NCBI RefSeq assembly: GCF_006345805.1
Contig: NC_043001.1
Span: forward strand, 83,948,001 to 84,012,000
Reading direction: 5' to 3'
DNA: 64,000 nucleotides
From: Octopus sinensis
Lineage: Eukaryota
In this document: one piece after another, positions 10,301 through 23,635 of the stretch
Position numbering within the stretch: the stretch's first letter is position 1
Layout: the number at the start of each line of letters is the position of its first letter
Translations under genes and position numbers: made by a program
Notes under the pieces: generated by a model
What the model was told of the DNA's origin: nothing
Databases searched by the model: none
What the model saw: the letters and a program-made list of their open reading frames with translations, nothing else

Positions 10301-13300
10301 CTTGTTCATATAGTAGAAAGGATTATTATTATAATAAAGTTTAAGGCGGTGAGCTGGCAGAATTGTTAGCGCGCTATCATTATAAAATTTATTTTATTAA
10401 AACTTTTATTAATAACCCTAATTCTTTGAGTTACAGGCATTCTGTTATATTTTTCTCTGTGTGTATATGTAATTTTACTCTTGTTTCAGTTACAAATATC
10501 AACTCTGCTCTCCTTCAAAGTATAGAGAAACATAAACCTGCTCTAACCTCTACAAAGAAAAGTATCATCATCTTTCTCACTGACGGAGATCCAACTGTAG
10601 GAGTCACTGACGTCGAAATTATCAAGAAAAATGTCAGAGAAGCTAACGAACAGATTTCATTATTTGCCCTTTGTTTCGGAGAAGACTGTGACAGTAAATT
10701 TCTTCGTGAGGTTGCCACGGAAAATGGGGGCTTCAACGGGAAGATCTACGTAGACTCTGATAGTAGTCTCCAATTTGAAAATCTCTATAAAGAAATATCT
10801 AGCATTTTATTAAAGGACATTACGTTTGTTTACTTAGATGGTGCCGTTAATACTAGTTCTACATCATTTAGCAACTACTTCAAAGGATCAGAATTAGTTG
10901 TTTCCGGTGTTTTGTCGCAAGAATACCTATCGACCATAAAAGTAAATTTAACAATGACAAATTTTTGGGGTCGTGATAACGAAATATTGGAACTAGAATT
11001 ATATGGAGATGACTTTACCATATACGATGACGGTTTTTCACAAAATTCCAGTTTGACTAGTATTCAGTCATTTTCTGAAATTACCGAAAAGACTTATGCT
11101 TACATCACCTTGCAGCAACTTCTCAAGAAAAACAGAACAGAGGAAGTGCGACATGATATTCTTAATTTGGCTCTAAAGGTGAGTAAAAAGGATGTTATAA
11201 TTAGTTATTTACCTATATTTAAAAAATAAAATGGCTTATATTAATTATATTAGTTTAAATTAATTAGTTTATATTAGTTATCGTCATCACAGATTCATAC
11301 AAATCATTCAACCGACAAATCAGCCAATATGTATCTTAGTTGTTATTATTTAAAGATTCTAAGGCGGCGAGCTGGCAGAATCGTTAGCACGCCGGGCGAA
11401 ATGCGTAGCGGTATTTCGTCTGCTGTTACGTTCTGAGTTCAAATTCCACCGAGGTCAACTTTGCCTTTCATCCTTTCGAGCTCGATAAATTAAGTACCAG
11501 TTACGCACTGGGGTCGATGTAATCGACTTAATACCTATGTCTGTCCTTGTTTGTCCCCTCTATGTTTAGCCCCTTGTGGGTAATAAAGAAATAGGTATTT
11601 CGTCCGTCTTTACGTTCTGAATTCAAATGCCGCCGAAGTCGACTTTGCTTTTCATCCTTTCGGGGTCGATAAATTAAGTACCAGTTACGCACTGGGGTCG
11701 ATGTAATCGACTTAATCCATTTGTCTGTCTTTGTTTATCCCCTTTGTGTGTAGCTCTTTGTGGGTAGTAAAGAAATAGGTATTTCTTCCGTATTTACGTT
11801 CTGAGTTCAAATGCCGCCGAGGTCGACTTTGCTTTTCATCCTTTCGGGATCGATAAATTAAGTACCAGTTACATACTGGGGTCGATCTAATCGACTGGTC
11901 CCCCCCTCCCTCAAAACTTCAGGCCTTGTACCTATGGAAGAAAGGATTATCTAAAGAAAAACAAAAGGCAAAGTTGGACAAAATTGAACCAATATGAACG
12001 AAAGTGAATAATCTATTACCTTTATTCTAGCACTCTACGGCTTTAGCTATTTTCACAGCTCTTGAAGCTGATAGTTGCTACCTAAAATATACAAGCAGTG
12101 AAAACGTAGAAATATGATGTCGATGGTGGAGCGTTTGAATTGCATCTATTACATTCACGTATTGTTTTCATTTTAATATCTCTGTTTCACTAAATGCCTA
12201 ATTTTCTTCTTTGTCACAGTATAATTTCGTAACTCCATTAACATCAATGGTTGTCGCCAACTCAAAAGTAAAAGAACATTTTTTTGAAGAAGGTAATTTT
12301 TTTTCATTCATACCATTTTAAACTATTTTCATAAACTTCTTGTTGAAAGGAATTAGCCATGATCGTTTATCTCATAAAACTTAAAAGTACGAGGGGATGC
12401 TGAAAAGTTCCTGGATTTTAAGGGTGTCGTGAAAGGCCTGGCTTTTACAGGGTTCTTTTACAGGGCTTAGGAAAACTGAAGGACCGCTGCAATAAGTGTG
12501 TGAATCTGAGAGGGGAATATGTTGAATGAATAATTTCAGCAGCCCCTCGTATCTTCATTCTACTTTATATCATATCGTATCCCCTATTGCCATGATCTTC
12601 AGCTAGATATAAAATGTACAGATATGCATGATAATTTGGAAAATTAGGTGCTAAAGTAAAGTTCCTTCCCGAGTCATACCGACTTATAAGGGTTTCTAAT
12701 ATTGCGAGAAAAGATCTTGTAATAGTTTTTACAAGATCTCATAAAATTATTTGCTTTTTGTTTAAGTAACTCCTGAAGTTTCTGCGTGAGGCAAAGCATC
12801 TCTGATATTTATTTCACTTTTTCTGCTTACTTCTCTTATTCTAGCATCTTAATGTTCTCCAACAAATATATTATTACAACCCATTTCGGAGCTGTTGCTC
12901 AGCCTTAGTATTTTTATTTATATTCTTTGCACTATAAAAAGTCTGACCGAAGTATTTTCCTATCTCTTTTCTTAATGACAGTACATAACTACTCCGTCCA
13001 CATCATAACGATCTATTTCAGTAAATCTGTCTTCATCACTTCAACTATTAACTGCAGAAAGCTGTGACTAACGATGGAGAGATAGGCAACTTATTAAAAC
13101 AGTTCTTTATTCTTCCCATAGTTTTCCTTTTTGTGTTCGCTGTTCTTCTTTAATCAAACTTCTCTGAGGTGAGAAAGTATTATAATTGATAGTAAGATAT
13201 AATTACATTGTACGTGCTATGCAATATCGCAATGACTAATTTCATAATTTATTGTGACAATACATAATATTACATTAATTGTACTTTAGACTGATCCAGC

Positions 13301-14154
13301 AAACATTTTCATCTAATTACTATCTTAGTCTGTATCATACTGATACAAATAAAGAAAACCTGTATTTATGTAATTGTTTTAAAATTTATATGAGTTTTCC
13401 CATTATAACTGATACCACTGCTGGCACAGTTTTCACTATATTACTATGATTTCATACTATAAATTTTATTTCCAGATTAACCATTATTATTTCAATTGTC
13501 AACAATGTATTTCTCTTCCTTTGTAGAAACAAAACAAATTCCGCGACGTAAGTATATTCACATTTGACTTGTTTAAAATAACAATACTCTATGAACTCTT
13601 GCTTTCATAATCCATTTCAAGTCATGCATGAAATAAACAACTTTTGTTTTTTATTCTGTAGCTTTGGTTTTTTTATTCCGCGTATTACTAGTAATGTCAT
13701 TTTGATTGAGCACAAAACCATTTATTTTATATAGAAGTGATACAGAATATCGAAGCGACTCTAGTATATTACTTGTACTTATTTTATCGAGCCTATGAAG
13801 ATATAAGGTGATACCTGCACAATGAACTCGGCTGAGACCCCAGAACCATTTCACTCGTGGTTTATAGTCCCGCAAATCGGCATTGTGCGAATACTGAAGC
13901 AGAATATAGACGAGCTGACTATTCTTCGTATGCTTTGCATAATGCAAGATGCTAGCGGCTCACATGAGGCCTTATCTGTAGAGTTTATTCCTAACAAGCA
14001 CTCTTGGTAAAGGACTTTAAGAAATTGTTCATAATCCTTGAAAGTCCTCTAAAAGAGATGACAGAGATAACACTGTCGTCGAAACTCTGAAATTTTCCCG
14101 TGTCAACCATATTCTCTAGTAACCCTCTAAGAATACGCGGGCTGACGTCCCCTA

Positions 14155-14187
<33 letters not shown>

Positions 14188-17100
14188 AACTAATAATAAT
14201 AATAATAATTGCACTGGAACATATGCCGTCAGTATGATATTCCGCACCCTAGGAACTGGTATGAACACCATCCAGAGCCAGTCACTGAGGGAGAGAATGT
14301 TACCATTCTATGAGATTATGAAATACATTCAGACAGGCAAATAAATGATAACAAAGCTGATATCGTCATCAAAAACCTAAAACAAGAAACATGCCGGTTA
14401 ATTCATATCACAGTACCTACTGATAGAAACATCTCAACAAAAGAATTTGAAAAACTGTCGAAATATAAGGACTTTGAGATTGAGATAACTAGGACGTGGC
14501 AATTAAAAGCCAAAACTATCCCTGTTGTAGTAGGTGCCCTGGAAATGATCAAGAAAGGCACTGACACATTTTTTTTACCAGATCTCTGGGAAACCAACAG
14601 TCTATGAAACTCAAGAAGTTTCTCTCCATCTAGTATATACGTGCCTTAGGTCTCTGCTTGAGACCCAATCAGAACATGAAATAAAATGCAATTCAATCGG
14701 AAAATGGTAATAATAATAATAATGATGATAATAATAATAATAATAATAATGGTCTCAAATCTTTGCACAAGGCCAGCAAGTTCGGGGGAAGGCTACGTTG
14801 ATTACATCAACCCCAGTTTACGTCTGATCAAACTGTAGTGCGTACTTTTCCGCTTTCTGGGAAGGGACGCGTTCCGCTGTTCAAGTGCTCCATTTGTTGT
14901 CAACACCCGCTGAATGTAGGACTGGGCATGCGCTGAAGTTACGACATCTCCAGCACTTCCTTGACGATGAGCAGATGTGGTCACCTTTTGTTAGACTCGC
15001 TCTTCCGCAGCTCGTCTCTTTGACAGTTGCAGTTCTGGATCAAGCGTAGACAGGTACTCACAGCCCTCTGAAAGCCGGTCAATGTGGTCAGTGGAAGTTC
15101 CACTTTGGCATTTTATTGAGAGTTAGCGGCGAACAATGTGAAGGCGCATGACTCAGTGGTTAGAGCATCGAGCTTACGATCGTGAGGTTGTGAGCTCGAA
15201 TCCCGGACCGGGCTGCGTGTTGTGTTCTTGAGCAAGACACTTTATTTCACGTTGCTCCAGTTAACTCAGCTGTAGAAATGAGTTGCGATGCCACGGGTGC
15301 CAATCTGTATCGGCCCTTGCCTTTCCCTTGGATAACACTAGTGGCGTGGAGAGGGGAGACCGGTATGCATGGGCGACTGCTGGTCTTCCATAAACAACCT
15401 TGCCCGGATTTGTGCCTGGGAGGGTAACTTTCTAGGTGCAATCCCATGGTCAGTGTCGTGACCGAAGTGGGGCCCGACCGAGTGGCGAACAAGTGCATGA
15501 CGAGAATCAACTGGTTAGTGTGTTCCGGAGGACTTTCGGGCCGGGGCCCATAGATAATTTTCAGAAATTCATGGCTTGTCAGTACTACCAGGTAAATAAA
15601 CTCCACAGGCATGAAAGCGCCGTCAGCCAGGCTTGCCCGAAATGCACACAGAGCGACAAAACTCTTCTGCATGGTTTCGTTTAATGTCCAAGCATTGCTG
15701 ACTCGTGGGTTTATGTCGAACACCTGTTATCATGTGTAAGGCAGATGCGGCTATCAGCAGATTCCATTGTGAAGATCGTCTCGCCGCCTTCTTCTGGTCG
15801 GTGTGAGGGGAGGGGGGCAGATACTGCTTATTTCTTTGGTGATCTTAGCGAATGAGGTTGCATGGTGGACCAGATTGAAAAGGCTGAAGACAGATACTCT
15901 CCTCTTTGGCTAAGAGCTCATCAGCTTCTTCAAGTTGCACTTGAAAAGGAAGGTGAGGTTAGAGAGGAATGTGTTGCTTCCAGGCAATTTTATTGTAAGG
16001 TGGGTGAATGTTAGCAAGAATGATCTGCGCGAGTGGACCCACTCTAAGCATGCGCCTGTAGATTGAAGGAAGATGATGTGGAGAAGGCAGTTGATAAAGC
16101 CTTCATCGACTTTATCAAGTCCCACTTAGAAAAAAAAGTAAGGATGGAGAAGGTAATGCTGCTCTCTGTATTTTTGTTGAATGGTAAGTGAATGTGGTGG
16201 GTACAGCCCGTGTGGATGGTCCTACTCTCAGCAAGCAACTGCAGGCATGAGGGATTGAAGAGGAGAATGTTGCCTGCCTGAAGTGCCCTTGGCAATCAGG
16301 ATATCAAGGATATATGGGTTTCCCTAATTTTCCTAGGTTACTGCTCCCCACTTTTGGTGATTTTTTTCTTCTTTAATATCTAATTGTTAATTGTTATTGT
16401 TTCATTGTTCACATGTGTTTCTACGGGACTCCCCATAATCTAAAATTCTAAGTCGAACTTATAAAAACAGTTAAAATCCAATGAATATTTTTTTAGATTT
16501 ACGTTAACATAAATATCTATATATTTGATTGATATTTACATATCTTCATAATACTTTTTTTTTATTTTTTCAGATCACGTGCGATTTAGTAAGTAGATTA
16601 CTACTTCATATCAAATTCACATTTATAATTTTGCATTTAATAAATGTCTTATTTATAAATTTATATGTAAAATAAGAATCATTTCACTCTAAAGACACAC
16701 CTGCATCTAGAGTCCATGGAATGGAAATAAAATTCGGTGTGTTTTAGAAGAAAATCAGAAATTCTTGACAAAATATCTTCATTGGTTTATCGTGAGAATA
16801 AAAGCAAATGTCTTTAAAAGTAAAAAGGTAAAATGCAATCTTTTATGTGTGTTTATTGGCAGTAAGTAAATATTATTCTTTGTAGAATAAAGGCTAGAGA
16901 ATGTATTTAGAACCACATGTTTGTGCAGATGGAGATATTGAGTTCCCCAAGCTGTTACCACTGCTGATATTTTCTTTAAATCAAAATACATTACATTCAT
17001 TTTAATTTATCGATATCCTGGACCTCTGGTCCTTGCTCATGACGAAACAGATATTAATACAGGGTTGAAACAAGATACGTGTTTATTCGGATTTGAGTTT

Positions 17101-18194
17101 GCCGGCTGACAACAATAGTAATGGAATGTAAATGCGCCAAACGAATTCCTTGTTATTCGATGGCTGTTCTGTATTGATAGGAAGATTTTCCTATGAAGCC
17201 ATTTGCTTCTCCCAAAGCCATTTGGTGTGCTGACTGTTTTTTTTTTTTTTTTGAGAAGAAAAAACCCCGAAAAAACGATCTTTGATAATTATTCTGCTTC
17301 TGTTTCAAGGTTTATTACTCCGCCACGTTCTCGTTGGTAACCTGTGAAATCCAGTTATTTACTCGTCATCCAAATTAGATAATATACTGTTCATTTGTAT
17401 TTTTTTTTCTTTAAGAAAACGAATTAAGAATCGTGTTTTTAAAACTAAGTTAAAGAAAAAATAAAATAATCTTTATATTTTTAACGGCTTCTTCAACAAA
17501 TACACCCTTTTTAAACGTTTTATTTGTAACTGTCAACAGTATTTTTCATGGTGGACCATATATAAGTGATGACTGCTCTGTTGTTGGACGGTTTATTCTA
17601 GCATTCATAGGCCACTTTTTACATTTGCTTGGTTATCTGAGTAAACTACAATATATATCGTACCCACACAGCATCATGCACTATATTTGTACGTTGATAT
17701 ATTTCGATATATGTGAAGTAAATATTTTTATATTTAATACTCTCAAAACTATATGAAAAATCTATTATTTTTAGACATACGTTAACATAGTTTTATATTT
17801 GATATGTTCATAACAATATAAAATCTTCATTGCTTTTTCAGAACCCCACAGAGTAGGTAAGTAGACTCTCTCTTCATACCATTTATTTTATGTATATGGT
17901 AAACTAAAGCAAGGCAATCTTGAGAGACGCACTCGTATCTAGACTGCATTGAATTAAAATCTGGTTTCTTTTGTTTAGTTGAAAGAAAGCTGACCATTTT
18001 ACTCAAATAAGTTTTCGGTGGTTCTTTGGAAAGTATGAAATTTAAATTAAAAAGTTTTTATTGAGATGAAAATATTTTTTTATGACGAGTTAAAATACAT
18101 AATTATATAAATGTATGCGTACAAATATATATATATATATATATACACACACATATATATATACACACACACACACATATATATATATATTTAT

Positions 18195-18226
<32 letters not shown>

Positions 18227-18267
18227 TTATACACACACACACACATATATATATATATTTATACACA

Positions 18268-18327
<60 letters not shown>

Positions 18328-21300
18328 GCACAAAGTACGAGGCTAATACCAAGCTCCTGTTTAATGGTTATTCCCCAAAATGCTTTTAACTAACTATACA
18401 GATTGTTTTTTATTTCTCTTAATATTTACTAACAAATGGTTAACAGAGAAGACCTGCTCTATCCAATTTAAGTTACGTTTTGTCTTTATTTTGTCTTTTT
18501 GAGGGTGGAAATGCTTCGTTATTTTACTTGTCCATATAAAGCATCATAAATATCTGAACACCTGTTTCATTAATATTGATTTCTTCATTAAAAAATTGTA
18601 GAAAATCTCTTAAACGCAAAAATTACGTAATATTTGGTCTTTTGGTAATGCTTGTTCTATTTTACCATATAATCCCGATTCAAGATTAGTTATTTTATTC
18701 AGACACATCTAATATCGATCTAATATTAATGTAGCGGCTTTTTTTTTTTTGTTTACTGCAAATCAACCAAATTTGGTTAAACTGTTTTTAATAGCTAGAA
18801 TATGAATAACTTATCAAATATAATATTTTAACTAAAGACATAATTATATTCCAAACAATTTTTACAAATTCTATTATGAAACAAAAATATCACAAGAGCA
18901 TATTGTAGTATCTTATATTGTACACGTTTCAGTCATTAGTCTACTGCTATGCTGGGGCACCACCTTAAATAATTTTTAGTCGAATGAATCGACCCCAGAA
19001 TTTAATATTTCTTTTTAAGTCTGGTATTTATTTTATCGGCCTCTTTTGCCGAGCCACTAAGTTGCGGGGAGATAAACACACCAACAGAGCGTGATTGTGC
19101 CGACAATGTTTTATGGTGCAGATACGTGGGGGATGAAAGATGTAGAAAGGGGGCAACTAGATGTGTTTGAGATGAGATGTCTGAGGGCTATGGTTGGTGT
19201 GACACGGATGGACAGAATGAGGAGGTACGAAGATGAGCCGGAATGAAAGAAAAACTAACAACTAAATTGGATAGAGGGAATTTGAGGCGGTTTGGCCACA
19301 CGGAGAGGATGGATGAGGAGCGGATGGTAAGAAGGGTGATGAAGGCTGAAGTGGTAGGCAACAGAACTAGAGGCAAGCCTCGGTTTGTGTGGATGGATGG
19401 AGTGAGGAAAGCTTTGGTGGTTAGAGGTGTTGGAGTGAGAGAGGCAAGAGAGTTTATAAATGGCAGGAAAGCTTGGAGAGTGTTTGTGGATAGATGAGTG
19501 AATTTTGATGTTGCTCAAAGGGGTACAGAACCAGTATGGTGTGGCGGGGGTAAACCTGCATATGCTGTCGGGCCTCACTGCTGATATTGGGGGTTTGCGT
19601 TCTATGCCTTGAGCCGAGCATAGAACTGGGCTCGCCTCTTTGAGTTTGGGAAATGAACGGAATGCCTGCTGTGTGTCTTGCTGTGGCTACCCCCTCCTAG
19701 AAAAATAGGGAATAGGCCTGGATATATGATATGATATGATATGGTATGATGTGGTATGATGTGATGTGGTATGATGTGGTATGATATGATGTGGTATGAT
19801 GTGGTATGATATGATGTGGTATGATGTGGTATGATATGATGTGGTATGATATGATGTGGTATGATATGATGTGGTATGATATGATGTGGTATGATATGAT
19901 GTGGTATGATATGATATGATGTGGTGTGATATGATATTTTAGATTTCAGATATATTTTTGCAATTTTTTAATATAATTTGAATTTAAATATTATATTAGC
20001 CACAACACCGCCAGTGACTGTTCCCCGATCAACAAGACCCCCACGAAGAACTCCACGAAAACCAGTGCCAATCCTTCCACATATTCCTGGTAAGAAAACG
20101 CGTTACATTTATTTACTCATTTTAAAAATGATACCTTTTTGCTTTTAAACATGTTTAATTCTTTATCGAGATACTCCAACCAATATATTGACACATTTGT
20201 CATGAATAAATGTTGTAAAGAGTTCAATATTAAAAATGAGTCAGCAACTTTCATTTCTGAAATTTAAGATGTAAAATTTAAAATTATTCTTCGCACTCCT
20301 TCGTCAATTAATACTGATATATTAAAGAATTTTGTATGTGATTTGTATTGAATGGTGGTAATGCTGCGCGCTACCATCGACACTATTTTCTTCAAGATTA
20401 TTTTATCTGTTCACACATTCGACACCCATCAGACAGTTTAGGCTTTTTAAAGCAACTGTCCAATGTTAAGCTCTTAATAAATCTTTTGGGATGGTTTATA
20501 ACTGTAGCCGTTATCCCAACATTAATATGCGTATCTCTTATGTTAATATAAACGTTTTTGTTTCATAGTAAAGCTTCATATCGAAATAAGGTATCTAGGT
20601 ATATGGCACAACCAAGATGATCAATTATTTGTTTATAATAAATTATCATAATTTATTTCTAAATATGTTAATGGCTAGTACACTTTACGTTGTCGAGCGG
20701 TTACTGTTTATATCTCATTCAGAGATTTATTGATGCTTTGTTAATGTATTATAATCAAGGTATTTAGTTATTAGGAAGCTGAATATTCTGTTAGTTAGTT
20801 CACCTAAGTTACTAATTAATTAATCATTAAAAAAACTCTTCTATGGAAATTTACAGTTGATTAACCTATTTTGAAACGAACAGAGAAAACTTTGTATCTT
20901 TTCTATATCATTATGGAATAAGGCGGCGAGCTGGCAGAATCGTTAACATGTCGGACAATAATGCTTAGCGATATTTCGTCTGTCTTTACGTTCTGAGTTA
21001 AAATCCTATCGAGGTCGACTTTGCCTTTCATTCTTTCGAGATCAATAAAATAAGTACCAGTTGAATACTGGGGTCGATGTAATCGACTTACCTCCTCCCC
21101 AGAAATCCCTGGCCTTGTGCCAAATTTTGAAACCAATATTATCATGGGATATAAATTCCATAATAAATTTGTTTCGTAGCTTTCAGTTCGAGTAACAGAA
21201 AAGGGCGGATTCTTTTCTTTTACAAACTTATTAATAGTTCAAATATGCTTAGGGTACGCACACATTACTGTTTTGCGTTTCTATTAAGTCTTTTCTTTTA

Positions 21301-23359
21301 GTATTTCATTAATAGGATCTTTTCGGTTTGAACGGCAGTTTTTTCTAGCGGTGTCATATGAAATTGTCACCCATAATTATGACCCTAGTATCGATCTATT
21401 GCATTTCAATATGTTTTAGGGTTAGGGTTGGGGGGAAGGGTATCTTTTTTTCTTCACAAATGTAAATAAACCCAATCTGTTTCTTAAACGAGGGACATAT
21501 TCATACGGCACAGAATGTTTTTTTTATCTCAATAGACGTCAGTGATTGGTTGAAATTGCAGAAATTGAAGAAAAAAACAACAAATATCTTACAAACTATA
21601 GAATTTTCTCAATAAAGCCAAGAGAAAAAGATGTTTTATAAACACATTCTACCAGTATACGAAGTTTAAAATTTTTTAGTTACCTAGAAATTATGTTAAA
21701 AACTGTCGTTCAAACCGAAAAGATCCCATTAATAAATATGCGTACCACCATATGTGTATGAGTGTGACTGTGATTTACTCAGTGAAAATACATGAACATA
21801 TTTAATTTACATTCACATATTTTATTAATAGAAAACTGCTACGTTTGGAAATCATTTCTATTTGTTTTACTTTGTATTTCTAGCCATTTTACTAAAGCCA
21901 TTAAATTGCGAGGCAGAACTGTGTTTCACTGATAGTATTCAATGCAGAAACCAAACTGATATTGTGCTTTTGGCTGACAGAGCAGCAAGTAAGTGATTCA
22001 CTATTGTATTATATCTATCGAAATATAACTTGCCATTGATATATTTTCCACGACAGAATGAAATATTTCATGCGTTTTGCACAGGATTTTGTTGTTCTAT
22101 TTGCAATTTATTGAAGAGAGTGGCGTCAAAGTTGTTTAGTATTGGTTTCAAATTTTGGCACAAGGCCAGCAATTTCGAGGAAGGTAGTAGTCAATTACAT
22201 CGACCTCAGTGCTCAATTGGTATTTATTTCATCAATCCTGAAAGGACGAAAGGCAAAAGATGACCTCGGTGGAATTTGAACTCAGGAGGTAAAGAGAGAC
22301 GAAATGCTGCTAAGCATTCTGCCCGGCATGCTAACGACTCTGCCAGCTCTCCACCTTCAAATTTTCACAATATTAAGAACTACGTTGTACTCACCTTTAA
22401 TACTTCATGTGCAATTTAATGGATATTTAAATATGTAATGCTATTTATCCAGTATTAATCTATGCAGTGTCACATACCCCAAATCATAACAATGGAACTG
22501 CATAAACTATATCGCAGTACCGAAATATATAATATAACATAAGCTGTATTAAAATACGTGATACCTTATACGATATCATGGCAGAGAATTTGGTAACACA
22601 TAATGTATGTTCATTTCATTTGCATATATGAGAAAACAAAGACGATATGAAAAATATAATTAAGATTTGAATTTTCATAACATACACACTGCTTCCAATT
22701 CTAATTTTTCTAAATAATATATAATATTTTTGTGTTATATAAGAATTATAATTTAGGCCTTTAGAATTACAGCTGAAGTTTAGTATTGTCTCTCGAAAAA
22801 AATATCTGTATAGGTGTTATGTAAAGAAGTGTTTACTACAAAAAACTTGTAAGGAGATAATCAAACAAACTGTAATCCAATGCAAATTAGATAATTAAAT
22901 ATGATTCCAAGAGATGAGTTTACGAAGTGTGCTATGGAGATCCTGATGGTAAGTTATCAGGAACACAAGGAATTGTATTGAGTAGGTTTTAAAGTATCAA
23001 AGGATGATATATTCCAAAAGCAATTTGATGATGAAAGCAAAAAATAATCAGTATAGGATGAGGATATAGAGATTAAAGTTTTTAATTATATGTGAAATAA
23101 CATTTATATTCCATTTCATTGGAATGTAATCACACACATTGTAAAATAACTTATATACAGGGGAGTGCTGAAAAGTTCCTGGTTTTGGGGAAAAGAAAAT
23201 GCAGGAGGATCAGTCAATTATGCTTTTATTCAACCTGTTCTCTCAAATTCACATACTTATTACAGCAGGCTTTCAGTTTTTCTAAACCTTGTAAAAGAAC
23301 TTGGAAGGTTGGGCCTCCAAGCAATACCCCTAAAGCCATGAAGTTTTCAGTAGCCCATC

Positions 23360-23397
<38 letters not shown>

Positions 23398-23583
23398 AAA
23401 GTTTACGAAAAAAAAAACAAAAGACGATGACAAGTGGTGTACAAAACAAACAGATATATTAGTATAGCGCTCAGGAATAGAAAAAGTCTTTTACGTTTCG
23501 AGCCTACGATCTTCTACAGAAAGGTACACAGAAAAAACAAGGAGAGAAAAAAATGTGTGTAGTGGCTAACGATCTATCATGGC

Positions 23584-23635
<52 letters not shown>

